Below are positions 12,506 to 26,339 of a stretch of DNA of 64,000 nt, piece by piece; positions within the stretch are counted from its first letter, which is position 1, and the number at the start of each line of letters is the position of its first letter. Below the pieces are notes generated by a model. That model was not told the DNA's origin. It saw nothing but the letters and a program-made list of their open reading frames with translations, and did not search any database. The position numbers and the translations under genes were made by a program. The stretch is from Octopus sinensis (Eukaryota), in NCBI RefSeq assembly GCF_006345805.1, contig NW_021834236.1, forward strand, positions 7,026 through 71,025, given 5' to 3'.

Positions 12506-13040
12506 ATATATGTATGTATATATGCATATACATATGTATACATATATATAAATGTACACACATACTTATACACGCATATATACACACGCACTCACACACG
12601 CTCACATGCGTATTATAAATAATATATAATCGTATATGCGTGGGTTTACGAGTGTACATACGTGTGTGTTTATTACTACATTTGGATTTATTTCTCTAAG
12701 TATCCATGTGAGTAATTAAACAGATGACATGAGCCGTTTGATTAGCTATTAAATATGTTCATTATGTTAATACTCTGATTAACGAAGCATGTATTTGAGG
12801 AGGTGTTCAGAAAGTTAATTATTCTAAATTCTGTAAGGAAAGGTCAGGCAATTACATTGAGATTTTGTCTCCAGCTGTTTGTCATTATGTGGCACTTTCA
12901 AAGAAATTGAAACGTGAACTGTGAAAAGAAGCAGCCATTTTTGTTATTTTTTTTTTATAAAATAAAAATGATCTTTAGGACCACCTTAAACTTATAAAAG
13001 TTTTAGCTGCTTTCCTCCAAAATTTGATTCTGCACTGATT

Positions 13041-13098
<58 letters not shown>

Positions 13099-13696
13099 TA
13101 TATAACTTTAAAGAACATGTTATTTGAATCGATACAACTAAGAACTCCATTGCGCTTTTTATAGTTCATATGATTGCATTTTTAATGCATCAAAAAAAAA
13201 AGATAAGATAATAAAAACTATATAACAGACAAACAATCAAGCAATAATCATCGCCCCAATAAAATATAATACTCCTAAAAACTACTTCAAAGTCCAAAAC
13301 AACGTTTTTTCACCTCATTAAGTTCATAACTCTGTGTATTGCAATCAATAAATGATTTGCTTTGGAACGTTGAGCGTCGGTTTATTTTAGTTTTCAGTTC
13401 GACCTCTCGATCTGGTCACTTAAAAGGTTATAAACCATCATTATTTCTGGCTCCCAGTGTTTTCTTGATTCCTTTTATATGGGCACTAAGCCAATCATTG
13501 TGTCTTATTAATCCAACTGTCCCAGTGTATTACAGATTGTTATAGCTTTCGGGGTGAATGAAATAGAGGAATTCATGCACTTTGAGTAACCCGACGCTCA
13601 GCTATTGTAAGGAATATATAGTTTCGTCTCTCAAAATTCATATCGTGTTTTATGTAATCTCATCTGTTAATTGTTATTTATTAGTCTCGTGTTAAA

Positions 13697-13741
13697 CCAT
13701 ACTGACGAGTTGAAGCGATGATGAAATAGCGCTATACACAA
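13697..13741 (+). ncRNA. Hammerhead-like motif with decayed stem I
   Basis: CTGACGA (13702-13708)...GAA-ATAGCGCTAT-A with a perfect 10-nt palindromic stem III. Stem I is mismatched. Homologous to 14339-14383. Confidence 0.45.
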
Positions 13742-13877
13742 CTTGCCATGACTGGTATCATTTCTAGATGAAATCGGGAGAAATTGGGCGCTAAAATTGA
13801 TGAGTAATATAGAAGGCACACAGAATATACATCTGTAATCTCACTTTATTTTCATACATATTATAAAAGCCTTAGTA

Positions 13878-14318
13878 TAGGCGCTGGTGTGGCTGTGTGG
13901 TAAAAACTTGCTTCTCAACCACATGGATCAGGCTTCAGTCTCACTGCGTTGCACCTTGGGCAAGTATCTTCTACTATATCCTCGGGCCGACCAAGGCCTT
14001 ATGAGTGGATATCGTCGAGGGAAACTGAACGAATCCAGTCTTATATATATATATATACATAGTACATATATATATATGTGTGTGCGTGTGTATTTATGTG
14101 TGTTTCTGTATCTGTGTTTGTCCCTTCGTCACCATCGCTTGATAACCGATGTTGGTATGTTTACGTCCTCTTACATTAGCGTTTCGGTTAAAGAACCGAT
14201 AGAATAAGTACTAGGTTTACTGGGGTCGATTTGCTCGTCAAAAACCTTTTATGGCGGTACTCCAATATGGTCGTAGTCAAATGACTGAAACAAGTAAAAG
14301 AATAAAAGAAAGAAAAAA
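13878..14318 (+). mobile_element. SINE family A
   Basis: aggcgctggtgtggctgtgtggtaa head, accttgggcaagtatcttct CORE-like segment and gactgaaacaagtaaaagaataaaag tail. Confidence 0.85.
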
Positions 14319-14338
14319 TAATATCCGGCCATAGGTAG

Positions 14339-14383
14339 CTATGTACAGCGCTATTTCATCCTTATTTGAAATCGTCAGCATAA
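14339..14383 (-). ncRNA. Minimal type I hammerhead ribozyme candidate with intact core
   Basis: Minus: ttatg-CTGACGA-tttcaaataaggat-GAA-ATAGCGCTGT-A|catag. Stem I has 5 bp, the core is intact, stem III is near-palindromic, the triplet is GUA, and stem II is weak (U.U closure). Confidence 0.6.
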
Positions 14384-14644
14384 CCCGGGCCAAATAAAGC
14401 ACATTAAATATTAAATTTGAGAAATATATGTAAGGCATAACAAGTTTTTATCGATGAATTTTGAGAGATGAAACTAAATTCTCTATTGTTTTTAGATCGC
14501 AATCCCTATTGGCTGAAGTTATTGACTAGAACCATGTAAAAAGAATAATAAAAAACACACAAATATGATAAAACAATAATGCTTCGTAATCATTAAGAAT
14601 TCTTTGTGAAAATTCAGATTTTATCGTTCTAGATCTTTTATATT

Positions 14645-14985
14645 TTATGTGTTTCAGTCATTGAACAACGGTCATGTTTGGTCACCAAATTAAAGGGGTT
14701 AGTCAGGCTGCCCGACCCTAGTATTCTATTTTTTAAAAAGACCTAGTACTTATTCCATCATACTCCTTTGCCGAATCGCTAAGTTACAATATGGAGAGGG
14801 TTACACAGCGGACGGAGGAACAAAATCCATACAAAGACACACACACATACATAAACATAGATTCCACTTAGCAAATTCACAATCAAGGCATCGGTCGGCC
14901 CGGGGCTGTAATATAAAATATTTGCCCATTGTACCCTGAAGTGAGACTGAACCTAAAACTACGAGGTTTAAAAACGAGAGACTTT
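14645..14985 (-). mobile_element. SINE family A, old degenerate copy
   Basis: gtttcagtcattgaacaacggtcatg...cctagtacttattc...gccgaatcgctaagttac...ggtcggcccggggct. Confidence 0.7.
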
Positions 14986-15714
14986 ACTATGCCGTTCATA
15001 TTGTTCTAATATTTGTCCATTCTTTTATTTTTTTTTACTCAAGTAATACTAATTGGAACGTTGGAAATCAATTTCTCCATTCCAAAAAAATAAGAAAAAA
15101 GCAAAACAGCAACAACAATATAGAAGAAATAACCAGCCCTCTCAATCGAACAAAACAATTTGTCTCATTAGAAAAAGTAATTAAATACATCCATAATGAA
15201 ATAGTTATCTCGTTAACGGATCACATTTTCCAATTACAAATGTAATATTAGAGCCAGTGTGAATTATCCAGATGAGGTGCTAAACAAACTAAAAAGAATC
15301 TCAAGTACTTGTCACATTTAAGAGTTGTTTTATGGTAATGAATCGCTCGACACGCAAGCAGAATAAAATTATTTCTGAAAATACAAAATATTACCTTATA
15401 AAATTGTTTGAAAACCGACATCAACTAAGAAGATATATATTAAATAAGCTCCAGTATGATATATTTAAACATGGAAACTTCACATTAAATAATAAAATTT
15501 ATATATATACATATATCTATATATATTTATGTGTGTTCATAAATTTATATAACAGATGCTAATAGCTTTGTTCGTTTATTAAATTTAAAGGTATGTGTCT
15601 TCGATGTTGTTTCGTAGTTAAGAATGGTTGAAGTGTGACATTGGAACTAGTTTAATTTTGTTAAATACGTAGATTATGTCTCGAACGTCGGTCCATAAAG
15701 TAGAATATTAGTTT

Positions 15715-16110
15715 TAAATTTTGGTACATGGTCAACAATTTCGTAGGTGGCGGGGGACTAGTGGATTTCATCGATCCCTGTGCTCAGCTGGTACTTAATT
15801 TATCGACTCCGAAAGGATGAAAGGCAAAGTCGACCCTAGTGACATTTGAACCCAGAATATAAAGACGGATGAAATGACGCCAAGCACTTTCTCCCGGCAT
15901 GCTAACGATTCTGCAAGCTTGCCATCTTATGTTGAAGCATTATATTTGAACTTATATTATTATATTAAAAATTATTCCACCGGGGTCGACTTGCATTTTC
16001 ATCCCTTCGGGGTCGATTAAATAAGTAACAGGTACGCGCTGGGGTCGATGGAATTGACTTAATCCCTTTCCCCAAATTTGAGACATTGTACTTCCAGTAG
16101 AAAGGATTAT
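15715..16110. mobile_element. Two SINE B copies in opposite orientation (15715-15925 minus, 15975-16110 plus)
   Basis: Family B central domain on both strands, about 50 bp apart. Confidence 0.75.
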
Positions 16111-17399
16111 TGTTAAAGATTCAGGTTATGTAATATGTGTGTACGTGCGTATGTGTGCGTGTCTCCGCATGTCAATTTTTACATTCGTTTCGTAAGCTGT
16201 TCGACAAACAAGGATTAATAAAATAAATACCAATTTGAAAATGATTCCTGGTTGCCAGTATGATCGTTTAAATCATGTAAGGACATGATCCAGCACGACT
16301 AAACTCCAATGACTGAAATCAGTAAAAAAATAATATTGTTCTCCTTCAGGGTTTTTTTTTAATCATTTACATATTTCTTACATAGCGTCAAATCGTCGTC
16401 TCTATATATTCTAAAACAGGGGAACGAACGATCGATCTCATCGACTCAACCGGTATTCGATCCGGCCACGACAGAATGACAAGGTGAACGTTCGTGATAT
16501 TCGAACAGACAATCTAGGAACACGAACCGAATACAATTCTATCCAACGCTGTAACCACACCGCCAATTAACCACTTTTAAAGGTGATACACACATACAAT
16601 TAGGAGTGTTTAATCACACAAACTTCAATCTAATTTATTGGTCATCTTCGACTCTACTCTTAAGAAACAATAATTTCCTTCGGCAATGTAAGAGGTTAAA
16701 TTTCTAGAACGTTCCACGTAATCAATAAATTAATTAACGTTATTGCAGTCAGGTAGCCAGTATGAATGACGAAATCAATCTTGATGTAAAGTTCTAATTT
16801 AATTCTTTTCAGTTACTCGACTTCGGCCATGTCGGGACATTAATTTCGAGTGTTTTGGTCGATCATACAGATCTCAGTGCCATGTTTCGGTTTGTTACTA
16901 ATAATAGCCGACTCTATTTATCGACCCGCTAAGTTTGAGCTTATCAAGGAACACAACGTAAATAACACTGAGTTTTGGGAATAAACGCAAACAATGATAC
17001 AGACACGCACATACGTACAAACGGACATACATATATGCATGCTGACCAACGGATGCTAACATAAAGCAAAAGCTCAACGGAAAAGAAAATATCAACACTG
17101 AATTATTGAGGAATCTACAGCTACTCTATTCAAGTAACATGTTCAAGTTTATACCTGTAATTATTGGGGTACTGAGACACTGTCTAAATGCCAGTCTTGA
17201 GAAATTAGACTTCTCAAAATCAGAAAGGAGAAAGCTGATTTCAAGTCTACAAATCCAAGCCATCACTGGAACTGTAAAAATCTGCAAAATTTTCCAGTTT
17301 ATTATTTAAGTATATATGAGTATGTCTAGATATGCAACTATAAGCATGACAACACACACATAAAACGAATCATACAAATCTGCAAATATACATACACAC

Positions 17400-17800
17400 A
17401 AAAGTACCGTTATTGATGTTGAAATTCCAATGAGGGAGCCTTGGATCTAGGTTATAAAGCAACTCTTTCTTTATTGAAATAAAACTGAATAATGACATAC
17501 ATACATACATACATACATACATACATACATAGATAATACATACATACATACATACATACATACATACATACATACATACATACATACATACATACATACA
17601 TGCATACATACATACATACATACATACATACATACATACATACATACATGAGTACAAACAAAAATACCCTGTTACTGATGTTGATGTTGAAATTTCAATG
17701 AAGGAGCCTTGGATCTAGGTTAGAAACTGCCGCTTTCTCTATTAGCAAGAAATCTTGAAATAAAGCTGAACGATGTCATACATACATACATAATACATAC
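17400..17800 (+). repeat. Tandem duplication of a ~100-bp unit, each copy followed by (CATA)n
   Basis: gatgttgaaatt(c/t)caatga(g/a)ggagccttggatctaggtta...ttgaaataaa(a/g)ctgaa at ~17415 and ~17683. Confidence 0.8.
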
Positions 17801-18809
17801 ATACGTACATAGTATTTCTTGTGTGTACAGTTCGTTGTATTAGTACTTCTAGTGAGTTTAGAAGCTTCATCTAGAGGCTTCTAACCCAATATACTTCTAG
17901 TAATGTGGTTTGGTTACTAACGCCCCTAATAGTATTATCGATTATGATATACAAAGAAAATATAAGAAAATGTATAACAAGTACAAGATCAGTTTATATC
18001 AATTATTCACACCGTACGTTTCACCGTTGCGATTATATGCATCTTATGCAGAGTGTCCCCAAGCGCTATTGTACCACAACAATTCATCTGGAGGAAACAT
18101 TATCGCATTACATTTACCCGTATCAAATGTTGTTATGGTTCATATCCATTTGCGTTTGGAACAAAGTAGCGGATGCAAATGAACATAATGATGAAACTTA
18201 CTATGAGAACAAGTGGGATAAACTACATCATGTGTTTAGCATAATTTACACACATAAATATATTGTTTGTAAATACGTAAGTTCATGTAAAGAAGATCTA
18301 GTAGGGGCGGTGAATTGTTATAAGGGGCATTGTTAAACAAAGGTTAGTAAAAAGAAAGGTGTGATAGTTAAATAAAAAACAGTGAGAAGCAGTGATCTCG
18401 AAGGAAGATAAGGGCCGGTATCAAAAGCACCAGGGTCATGGTTCCTCTCTGTAACAAGATATAATTCACTTTAAGTTTGACTTGGGGTCTAAACTGCGGA
18501 TGGGATTGCTGGGGCAGTTTCCTGTCTTATGGCGTGTCTTGGGCTTTTATAAAACTGGCACAGTTTATTCAAATCAAGGTCTGAGAAAATACTTATTACA
18601 AAAGGAGTGACAGAGAGAAACGAAAAAGTAAAAAGGAAATGAAGGGAGGTAGGTGGGCGGAGACTGAAGAATGAAGCTCTGTACTAGACTAAGTAAGTCA
18701 TTTATGAAGCTAGGGAGGACGACAGAGTTGACCTCGGAGTGAGGTGAATCGGGAATGTAGAGTCAGCAATTCTGCAACGCAATTATTCGATGCACTAACG
18801 CGATTGCCA

Positions 18810-18871
18810 ATTCCCAATAATACATACATACGTACTTACATACGTACTTACTTACGTACTTACTTACGTAC

Positions 18872-18902
<31 letters not shown>

Positions 18903-19320
18903 CACATATACGTACATACGTACATATGTGCATTCATACATACATACATTAATGCATACATAAGTAGATACGTACATACATACATGCATAATTGCATTCA
19001 TACATGCATACATACATATATGTATACATACATATATGCATACATATAGACATACATATACATATATATATGCATACATACTTGATACATTTACACGCAC
19101 ATACATACATATTACATACAGTTACACACACATACATACACACATACATGTATACATACATGCATACTTACATACATACATACACACACATGCATACATA
19201 CATACATATATCCATGCATACATAAACATAGATATATATGTGCTCTCAGATATACACGTATATATTTACACATACACACACACATACATTCACACGCACA
19301 CATATTGCACTATGTGGAAC
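18810..19320. repeat. (CATA)n/(CA)n degenerate microsatellite
   Basis: Direct. Confidence 0.9.
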
Positions 19321-19643
19321 TGACATGTCAATGGAAAGATCCACTGTTTGCGAATCGTAATACAAAAAAAAGGGCAACTAAAAGAGGTTGATACAGGACT
19401 TGCCCTTTGACCTCGTAAAACCTACACCAGCAGCGCCCATCTAAACAAACTCAAGGGTTTGAAAATTTTCGTCTGCGTGGTGCGACGGTATCGTCTGCTA
19501 AGAGCAGAGAATCACCAAAAAATGTTGGGTCACACGCTGTTACAGCGCATGCGCACATATTACTACGACTTCTATAAATATATTTTATATGTGTGTCTGT
19601 GTGTGTGTTTGTTCTATTTCGGAGAAATCGGAAGAAGACACTA

Positions 19644-19956
19644 ATTCTTCTTTCGCCCATTTCAAGTCTAGCCAAGCTCATGAGCCCGTTTTCCTGGTTT
19701 CTGTGGCGTATGTGTTCCCCCCAGTTGGACGGGACACCACTCTATCACAGCGCTACTCAAGAAACAGGAAAAGAGAGCGAGAGAAAGTTGTAGCGAAAGA
19801 GTACAATAAGGGTCGCCACCACCCCTTGCCGGAGCCTCGTGGAGCTTTTAGGTGTTTTCGCTCAATAAACACACACAACGCCCGGTCTGGGAATCGAAAC
19901 CGCGATCCTCCGACCGCGAGCCCGCTGCTCTAACCACTGGGCCATTGCGCCTCCAC
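19644..19956 (-). mobile_element. SINE family C (tRNA-derived), full length with 12-bp TSD
   Basis: Minus head aggcgcaatggcccagtggttagagcagcgggctcgcggtcggaggatcgcggtttcgattccc. aagaagacacta at 19632-19643 and 19957-19968. Confidence 0.9.
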
Positions 19957-20719
19957 AAGAAGACACTACAGAAAAAATACAATTTTTGAAGTCATTCGTC
20001 TTTCATGTACTTATTGAATTTATTCTTATTTACTTCGCTATTACTCTACATTTAAATACTGAGTAAATTACAGTCTGGTTTTTGGCTGTTTGTACATTAT
20101 ACAGGCAATACACACACACACACACACACACACACGAACATGTATGTATGTATGTGTGTATGTATGTATGCATTCGTTTGTATATATATATATTATATAT
20201 ATAATATATATATATATATTATATATATATATATTTCAGAACTAATGTAATTACTATTCTCCTGATCATTAGCATAATCAAAATCGATATCATGGCGACC
20301 GATTTACATTCCACAACATCTGCAAGTGCTGCGATACCAACGCAAACATCACTCTAGTCTCTATTTTTAATCATGAACTACTTATTAAAACACTTCATCG
20401 TATTAAGCATTCATGAGAAACGAAGAACAACGCCATGATGGATGCTACTATTTCTACAAAATCTCTCAACCATTCGATGTAGTACAAAGATCATTTTCGA
20501 ACCATTTTCCATTGTCTTCTAAAACATAAGTGAGGGTTGTACTGAATAGTGCAGTCTTTGATGTAAAATAATATCAGAGTGGTTACGGTTGGAATAAATT
20601 TTAATCATAGGTCTACAAGCTTAAGGGTCGCCTTCGGCTAAATAATGCCTCTAAAGCCATCTGCCACCAACAATCACTGGCTTCATTACTAGCTTCTACA
20701 AACAATTTAAAAATTTTAC

Positions 20720-20753
20720 ACATATGTATTATATATATATATATATTATATAT

Positions 20754-20808
<55 letters not shown>

Positions 20809-20817
20809 TATATACAC

Positions 20818-20856
<39 letters not shown>

Positions 20857-21617
20857 CGTGTGTGTGTATGTGTGTATATGTATATATATATGTATGTATA
20901 TATTATATATTTATATGTGCATATATATATACATATATATATATGTATGCACACACACATACATATATACACATACACACATACACACATATACGAAGAT
21001 GATGGCTGTAGGGTTTTTGATTTGGGTAAAATTTGGATTGTTTTGCATAGGGGCCATTCAGATTCACGCCTTCGCCGTGAACAAGACATAATCTTCTCTC
21101 TTCACTCCTTTGCGCCGCATGGGCTCAACTCCCTTCCTCTCTTTATCAGACTTCCTCCTCTAACCTCTCTTCATCTCATATCTACTTCCTCTCTTCAATC
21201 CCACCCACCTCTTCTCTCCTCTCTTGTCCTGACACCTATATAATCTCTTCACTCCTACCCGCCTTTCCCTTCATCCTTACGTCCTCCTTCCACATCCTAC
21301 TTCTACACATCCCTAGACCACAAAATACGAAGAAAAGTTTGTATGAACAATATATCTATATATATATATACATATATATACATACATATATATCTACTTA
21401 TATATACATTTATACATACATATACATATATACATATATATATATATACTACATATGCATATATACATACATATATATATATATATACATACATATGCAT
21501 ATATACATACATATATATATATATATATATACATACATATATATGCATACATATATATATACATACATATATATTATATATATATATACATACATATATA
21601 TACATATATACATATAT

Positions 21618-21648
<31 letters not shown>

Positions 21649-21660
21649 TACACGTTATAT
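20720..21660. repeat. (TA)n/(TG)n/(CATA)n microsatellite blocks with a pyrimidine tract
   Basis: Direct. Source of the Y/I/C/V/H/T ORFs. Confidence 0.9.
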
Positions 21661-22369
21661 GATTGTGTATATTTCGGGTTGTATTATTCAAAACCAGCAT
21701 ACAACTAACATTGTCTACTTATCCAGTATTTGTAAGCCATAAGCAAACTAACTTCAAGAAAATCGTCGCTGTCGCCGCCGCCTCCACCACCATTACCATC
21801 ATCATCATCGTCATCACCATCGTGTCCTGTATGCTACGTAGCAAATTTCCTTCGTTACAGAGACACCAACAGTGAACTAGACACATTAATCTTCTTCAGT
21901 TTCGACCAAGACGGCTGCAAATGATCGTTGAACTTTCTCCTCAGTGGTATTACTTCAACGCAGAAGGTTGCAAATATTTTCATAGCAGACATCTAGCGGA
22001 AATACGTTAGTAGGGCACTGGAAACAAGAGCTACGTCCACGACCACCTCCACCTACGCTACCACAAACGACAATAACCACTGCAGAGAAGAAAAATAATG
22101 TGCAACAACAGGAAGAGCCATAGCTATCAATATCATGAATCATAATAATGAATACTGGTTTAATATTGAAGAGAATTATCTCTGATGTCAGTGAAAGTAA
22201 CTGCCATTGGAAACGATACTACGAGAGAGATTCCGTGTGTTTAGTTAAGCTGTCAGAAACAGTAGCCAAATCACACGCTCACAGAAACTGTAAGAAGCCC
22301 GCTGTACACACACACACACCACATATATGCACACACATACATACATACATACATACATACATACATACA

Positions 22370-22402
<33 letters not shown>

Positions 22403-22473
22403 GTTTTCATTCCTCCACTCTGTATTTCATATCTTCTCTATAATAACTATTACACAAGCGTTTTCTCGCACCT

Positions 22474-22519
22474 TCTCTGATGAACAGGATATACAAAATA
22501 TCCCCGAAACAGCTTAAGA
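22474..22519 (+). ncRNA. Minimal hammerhead-like motif (Penelope-type)
   Basis: tct-CTGATGA-aca-ggatat(acaaa)atatcc-cc-GAAACAGCTTA|aga. Intact core, 6-bp stem II hairpin, stem III like an ACAGCTGT palindrome lacking one base, and 3-bp stem I. Confidence 0.5.
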
Positions 22520-22583
22520 CCTCTTTATAAATGATCTGAAAACTATTCACAGCCTTGTATTTTTTATCATTCTGTTAATTTAT

Positions 22584-22622
<39 letters not shown>

Positions 22623-22722
22623 CAGACACACAAGTATATAAGAAAACAACAATATAACAAACAAAATCTCCCAGGTAGCCGACAATTGACACTTGCACCA
22701 AGAATACTAACTACACGCGATA

Positions 22723-22758
<36 letters not shown>

Positions 22759-22959
22759 TATCTGTGCTTTTCCCCAACCGCAGCTGCACAACTTGCGTTA
22801 GTTTCTTTACGTCTCTCTAACTTAGAATAGCATTCGAGGCTAAAAGCTCTTCAAGTCTGCCATCTAATGATCGAAACACACTCACCAATAGGTTTATCAT
22901 TGATTCCGTGAAATATTCACGGGTTCCGCTTGTATGTATTATTTTGTTTGAAGGATTTT

Positions 22960-23465
22960 AGGCGAACAAATTAACTCCATGACTTATCTTTTAAGCCTAG
23001 TAATTATTCTATCGATCGATCTTTTGCCGAACCGCTAACTTACAGGGACGTAAACACAACAATACCGGTTGTCAAACGCTGGAGGGGGATGGAGAAACAA
23101 ATACAAAAGCACAGAAACAAATATATATGCATGTATATATACGACAGGCTTTTTTCAGTTTCCATCTACGAAACCCATTCACAAGGCTTAGCTTGACCCG
23201 AGGCTATAGTAGAATACATTTTCCTACGGTGCCACGCAATGAGATCGAACCCGGAATACCATATCTTCACTCCACAATACCATATCTTTTATCTTTCACG
23301 TTCTTACTTCTGTCTGTGGACTGCTCCCATGCTTCAAGCGTTTTAGTCAAACAAATGGACCCTAATGCTTTGATGTCTTGTTGGTTTTTTTTTTCTAAGT
23401 GTGACTCTTATTCTATCGGTTACATTAGCCGAACCACTATATTACGACGCGTAAACAAACCGATA
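22960..23465 (-). mobile_element. Two SINE family A fragments
   Basis: Family A body and CORE-like segment at 22960-23255, and a tail fragment at 23300-23465. Confidence 0.75.
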
Positions 23466-24799
23466 CCGGTCGGTTTCTTTACATTCATTACTTAACATCT
23501 TCTTCCCGAAAGGGAGAGAAAGAGGGTAAAGATGGAGAGAGGATAAATGGAGGGGATAGGGAGTTATAGATAAAGGGAGTTTTAGTCTTGCTCGATTACG
23601 TTTTGGTTTTGCTAATTTTTTCTTGAGAACATTTCTTAGTGGTAAGACCATAGCAGATCTATTTCTAGCATAAGGGTGTCCACATAGTGGTTTCCCTCTA
23701 ATATGTATATAATACAATTTTACTGAACCTTCAGTTTTTTTATATGCTAGACCACTGGTGTGAAATCGATGTTAATTAAATTACTATCTAATTTCTCACC
23801 CTCATTTAAAATTTATATATATATATATATATAAATGTATGCGAATATATAAATGTATGTGAATGGTGGTGCCCCAGCATGGCCACAGCTCGTGAGCTGA
23901 AACTTAATAAAAAATGATAATAATAATAATAATCATAATATATATATATATATATTTACACGGCAGACTTCTTCCAGTTTCCGTTTACCAAATCCACTGA
24001 TAAGTTTGCAGTCGACTCGGTATCTTAGATGGCGCTTGCCAAGGGTAACATACAGTGGGACTGAACCCGCGACAACATAGCGTGAAAGAGATGTCTATCT
24101 AAAAATTAAAAACTACCTGCGATGCTCTATATTGGATCGTCTTTGATCATGAAACTGCTCGTTACGGGCTGGCACAGATACCAAACCCAATTCTGACTTT
24201 CAAGTCTTCCTCCGCTATCTTCTGTAAGATAGACCCGCCGCCGACGCCACCGATACCACCACCACCATACTCTCTACCACTACGGCTATAGTGACATCAA
24301 GTAATATTAATAACGAAATAAAGATTCTAATGACAAGAATTGCTGCAACAAATTTATCATTTCCCATCGGAGACATCACCACCAGCAAATAGAGAGCAGC
24401 AACGAATAATTGTGTAGGTGTGTGCGTGCGTGTGTATGTGTGAGCATCTGCGCCTGTATGCGTGTGCGTTTGTATGTGTGTGTTGTTTGAGGAGCTGTTA
24501 CATTTATTAATTTTATTCTCGTTTTATACACACGCATTCGCACGTATGTACAAGTTGTGTGCTTGTGTATATGGAGATACACACACAGAATCATACACAC
24601 ACTCACATATGCATATATACGTATACAGAGGGAGGGATACAGATACGCGCGAACATATATATACACACACATTACATCGAGTGGCATACATACATACATA
24701 TTTGTATGCAAAGATGCAAACCTATATACACGCATATATGTGCACAAACACACACACATGCACACATACACACACACGCACGCACACGTACACATATTC

Positions 24800-25880
24800 A
24801 GATAGACTACCACATAGATATGCACACACACGCCCACAAACACACAGGCACGCACGCACTCATGCACATAGATACATTTGTATTTAGACAGAACACTACA
24901 TAGATATGAATACACACGCGCGCACACACACACACACGCACACACACACAGACACAGACACACACATAGACATACATATATGTATATATAGATTGACCAT
25001 CACATAGATATGAATACACACGCTCACACACAGACGCAGACACACACACGCATGCACACATACACATGCATATAAGTATATATATAAATAGACCACACGT
25101 TCACATAGATACAGACACGCACGCACACACACATGCTCGTACATATATGTATATATAGATAGATTACCACATAGATATGTGCACACACGTTCATATACAT
25201 ACACACACATACGCACACACATACACATACATATATGTATATATAAGTAGACCACCACATAGATATGCACACACACGTTGAAATACATACACACACACGC
25301 ACACGCACATACACATACATATATGCATATACATAGACCACCACATAGATATGTACACACACGTTGACATACATACACATACACACACATACACATACAT
25401 ATATGTATATATATATAGACAGACTACCACATAGATATGTACACACACGTTGACATACTTATACACGCACGCACACACACATACATATATGTATATATAT
25501 ATAGACAGACCACCATATAGATATGTACACACACGTTCATATACACACACACACACGCACACACACATACACATACATATATGTATATATAGATAGACCA
25601 CCACATAGATATGCATACACACCCTCAGACACACACATACACAAACACACACGCACACACACACACCAGCACACACACACACAAGCCTCACCTATACAAA
25701 CATATATGTATATTTAAAGAGACCCCCACTTAGATATACGCACACACGCTCAGACAGACACAAACGCTCAGACACACACACACGCTCAGGCACACACACG
25801 CTCAGATACACACATCTCAGACACACACACATACGCTCAGACACGCACACACGCTCAGACACACACACACGCTCAGACAC
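24800..25880. repeat. ~85-100-bp higher-order minisatellite in CA-rich sequence, then cacacgctcaga repeats
   Basis: The motif gaccaccacatagatatg recurs about 11 times (for example near 25251, 25336, 25421, 25507, 25596). Confidence 0.8.
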
Positions 25881-26339
25881 ACACACACACACATGTATAT
25901 ATACTTGATACAGATGTATACATACACACACACACGCTGAAACGAAGAAGAGCAATGGAAAAAGAAAGGCATACCTATGATATATATTTATTGACAGTGA
26001 TCCCATCGCGCATAGATTAGCATAGGGCCCCCAGACCCGTGGGAGACCCACGGGCAACTGACCAGTGTGCCCGTTCAATGAAGTCGCACTGTATTCGACT
26101 AAACCGACGATAGGTAGCAGCATTAGTACATAGACCAACACTAATACATTGTAGCATAATCATCGAAGACCATTACCACTGCTACCACCCACGTCACCAC
26201 TAGAGGAGCTGTAGCCAACCTTGGCACAAACCCCACCATCATCAGCGCTACCATTAAGCACAGCTACATCAGAAACAAATTACTAAAGTTAGCGAGTCTG
26301 AAAAGTCAATAATAAAGGTCGTTGATTAGATTAATAGGT

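Noticed and set aside
19540-19560. NRF1-like gcgcatgcgc site
   Set aside because: A single motif beside microsatellites with no other promoter evidence.
24800-25730. CRISPR-like repeat-spacer appearance
   Set aside because: Eukaryotic context, spacers are near-identical low-complexity sequence, and no cas genes are present.
26015-26092. GC-rich double hairpin (cccgtgg/ccacggg, cgggca/tgcccg)
   Set aside because: Most likely one end of a MITE. No partner end or ribozyme core found.
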